Part shown: positions 62,215 through 64,000 of the stretch, piece after piece
Numbering within the stretch: the first letter of the stretch is position 1
Layout: each line of letters begins with the position of its first letter
From: Octopus sinensis
Taxonomy: Eukaryota
Assembly: GCF_006345805.1 (NCBI RefSeq)
Contig: NC_043001.1
Coordinates: 71,176,001 to 71,240,000, forward strand
Direction: 5' to 3'
Length of the DNA: 64,000 nt
Translations under genes and position numbers: made by a program
The notes under the pieces: generated by a model
The model's input: the letters and a program-made list of their open reading frames with translations, nothing else
What the model was told of the DNA's origin: nothing
Database searches by the model: none

Positions 62215-62745
62215 CTGCTTTTTCTTGCGTCTTATTCCATATGACTTGGTTTTCCTTGCCTTATTCTTGAAAGCCATCAAGTATTTCCTCATACCAGTAT
62301 TGTCTGAAAATGCCATTTACCTCCTTCATAAATGATCTTACTAGTATCAGCTATTTTATATCCAATTAACTTATCGTCTAAATCTTCTCTTACACACTTA
62401 AATACCAAAACCCCATAACTTAATCTATTCTTAGTTTTCTTGAACATCGTATTCATTTTCAAACCTTTGTTCTGGTCCCTTACATATTTATTCTTAAATC
62501 AATTAATCATATCTCTTCGTTTTCGTCGTTTTCTATTGACATTTTCAAATATATTTACTTCTTTATGTAAAACAGTTATTTTTGCACACATTCATCTTTC
62601 TCAATTTCAATTCGACATAATTTCCAATTCTTTGTCTTTTAGGTCATCCTTTATGAAATTCACTTACGTTATTTACCGAATCTATATACATACATACAGA
62701 CAGAGAGACAGAGTCAGAGACACACAGACGCACAGACAGAGAGAC

Positions 62746-62848
<103 letters not shown>

Positions 62849-62867
62849 CACACCAATATGCATATAC

Positions 62868-62899
<32 letters not shown>

Positions 62900-62904
62900 G
62901 ACAC

Positions 62905-63035
62905 ATTTAGTCATTTAACTGCGGTCATGTCGAGGCACCGTCTTTAACAATTTTAGTCGATCTTATCGATTCCAGTACTTATTTAATTATTTCTGATTGG
63001 AGTCGCTAAAATAGCATTCGACATAACTGGACGCA
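62905..63035 (-). mobile_element. SINE 3' fragment
   Basis: GTCATTTAACTGCGGTCATG..GAGGCACCG...TCGATTCCAGTACTTATT. Confidence 0.6.
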
Positions 63036-63099
63036 GTTCAATACACTGAACCAGTTCATATATGCAAAACTGTGATGCGCGTATTTACATGTGCATATG

Positions 63100-64000
63100 C
63101 GATGCATTATGTGCATTTTCCCTGAGCAACTTCCCAAAAATTGGTATAAGCGAAACTTGGAATAATTATTAGTCCTTAATTATTAGTCCACCAATGGTAA
63201 GACACTTCTCCCATCTCTTTATGCAGATGTGAAGATCTCATCTGTAGAAGCCGATATGTTACGTCTAGGGCCAAAACATTACCTCGGTAATAAGCTCATC
63301 ATCCGAAAAGTGTCTCCCCTTCAAAAAGAAAAGAAAAAGAATTCATCGTTGGACAGTGATAGAAATCAGATGGTGCGTGGTTGGGAGAGTAAGATTGATT
63401 AATGAGGAAGAATTTCATAGCCGCAGGAGTGTGCTTTTATTTCGCAACATGCACATTGTGAACTGCGGCGGACTCCTTTGATCAGAATGCCACGCATCTC
63501 TACTTTGATGGCGTCCTAAAATTTATGCAGCAGATACGCATAATATGCCCTGTTAATTGTGCCCTTTGTCAGAAAATCCATCCTCACTACTCTGCACTGG
63601 TTCCAAAGGACTGTGAGCATCACCTTGCTTGCTGAAGTTTGGACACGAGCTTTCTTTGGAAGTAGTGAGTTATCATGGTTTCACTGCTTCGACTGGACTT
63701 TAGACTCAGAATAATAGTTGTGGACCCATGTTTCATCCTGTATGGTAGGTCTGCCGAAAAAGTCCTCCTCGTTTTCTTGGCACATTATTAAAAGAGCCTA
63801 AGAGCAATTGACTCGTTCCTGCTTCTTATAAGGTGTGAGCATCTAGAGAATCAATCGGGCAGACAATTTACGCGTGTGAAAATTGTCGTGAATAGTTTTT
63901 CCCACGGATCCAACACTTACCTTCAGAATAGTTATGCGGTGATCTTCCAAAATGGCAACTTCCACTTTATGGATGGTGTCGCCAATCTGTTGAGTGCCTT
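63100..64000 (-). mobile_element. Older mariner copy of the same family as 42770-44025, running off the window end
   Basis: IQDETWVH, SKVMLTVLW, LKGRHFSDDEL and CIKRWEKCLTIGG. Confidence 0.85.

Overview
This is repeat-dense, AT-rich eukaryotic DNA. The very abundant compound microsatellites and two tRNA-headed SINE families resemble those I recognise from Octopus genomes, so cephalopod origin is an inference. No intact host gene can be assembled, only a few isolated candidate exons. Most ORFs in the supplied track are microsatellite read-throughs. Recognisable content: a full-length but inactivated R4/Dong LINE in a (TAA)n array plus a same-strand cluster of further Dong copies, two Tx1/L1-clade LINE 3' fragments, several mariner/Tc1 copies (one near-intact with TIRs), Helitrons, SINEs and Penelope-like element (PLE) fragments. 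The most interesting signal is a set of small non-coding elements, mostly fold-back and next to (TA)n tracts, that each carry a different type I hammerhead ribozyme motif. These are a canonical one at 7553-7658, an apparent G3:C8 core-swapped one at 8217-8266, a head-to-head pair at 2961-3274, one nested in a SINE at 9754-9821, and a decayed U3:A8 one at the 3' end of a PLE at about 38282. Two Naiad-like PLE fragments are also enclosed by long inverted arms. All coordinates, foldings and family assignments were made by eye, without alignment or folding software.
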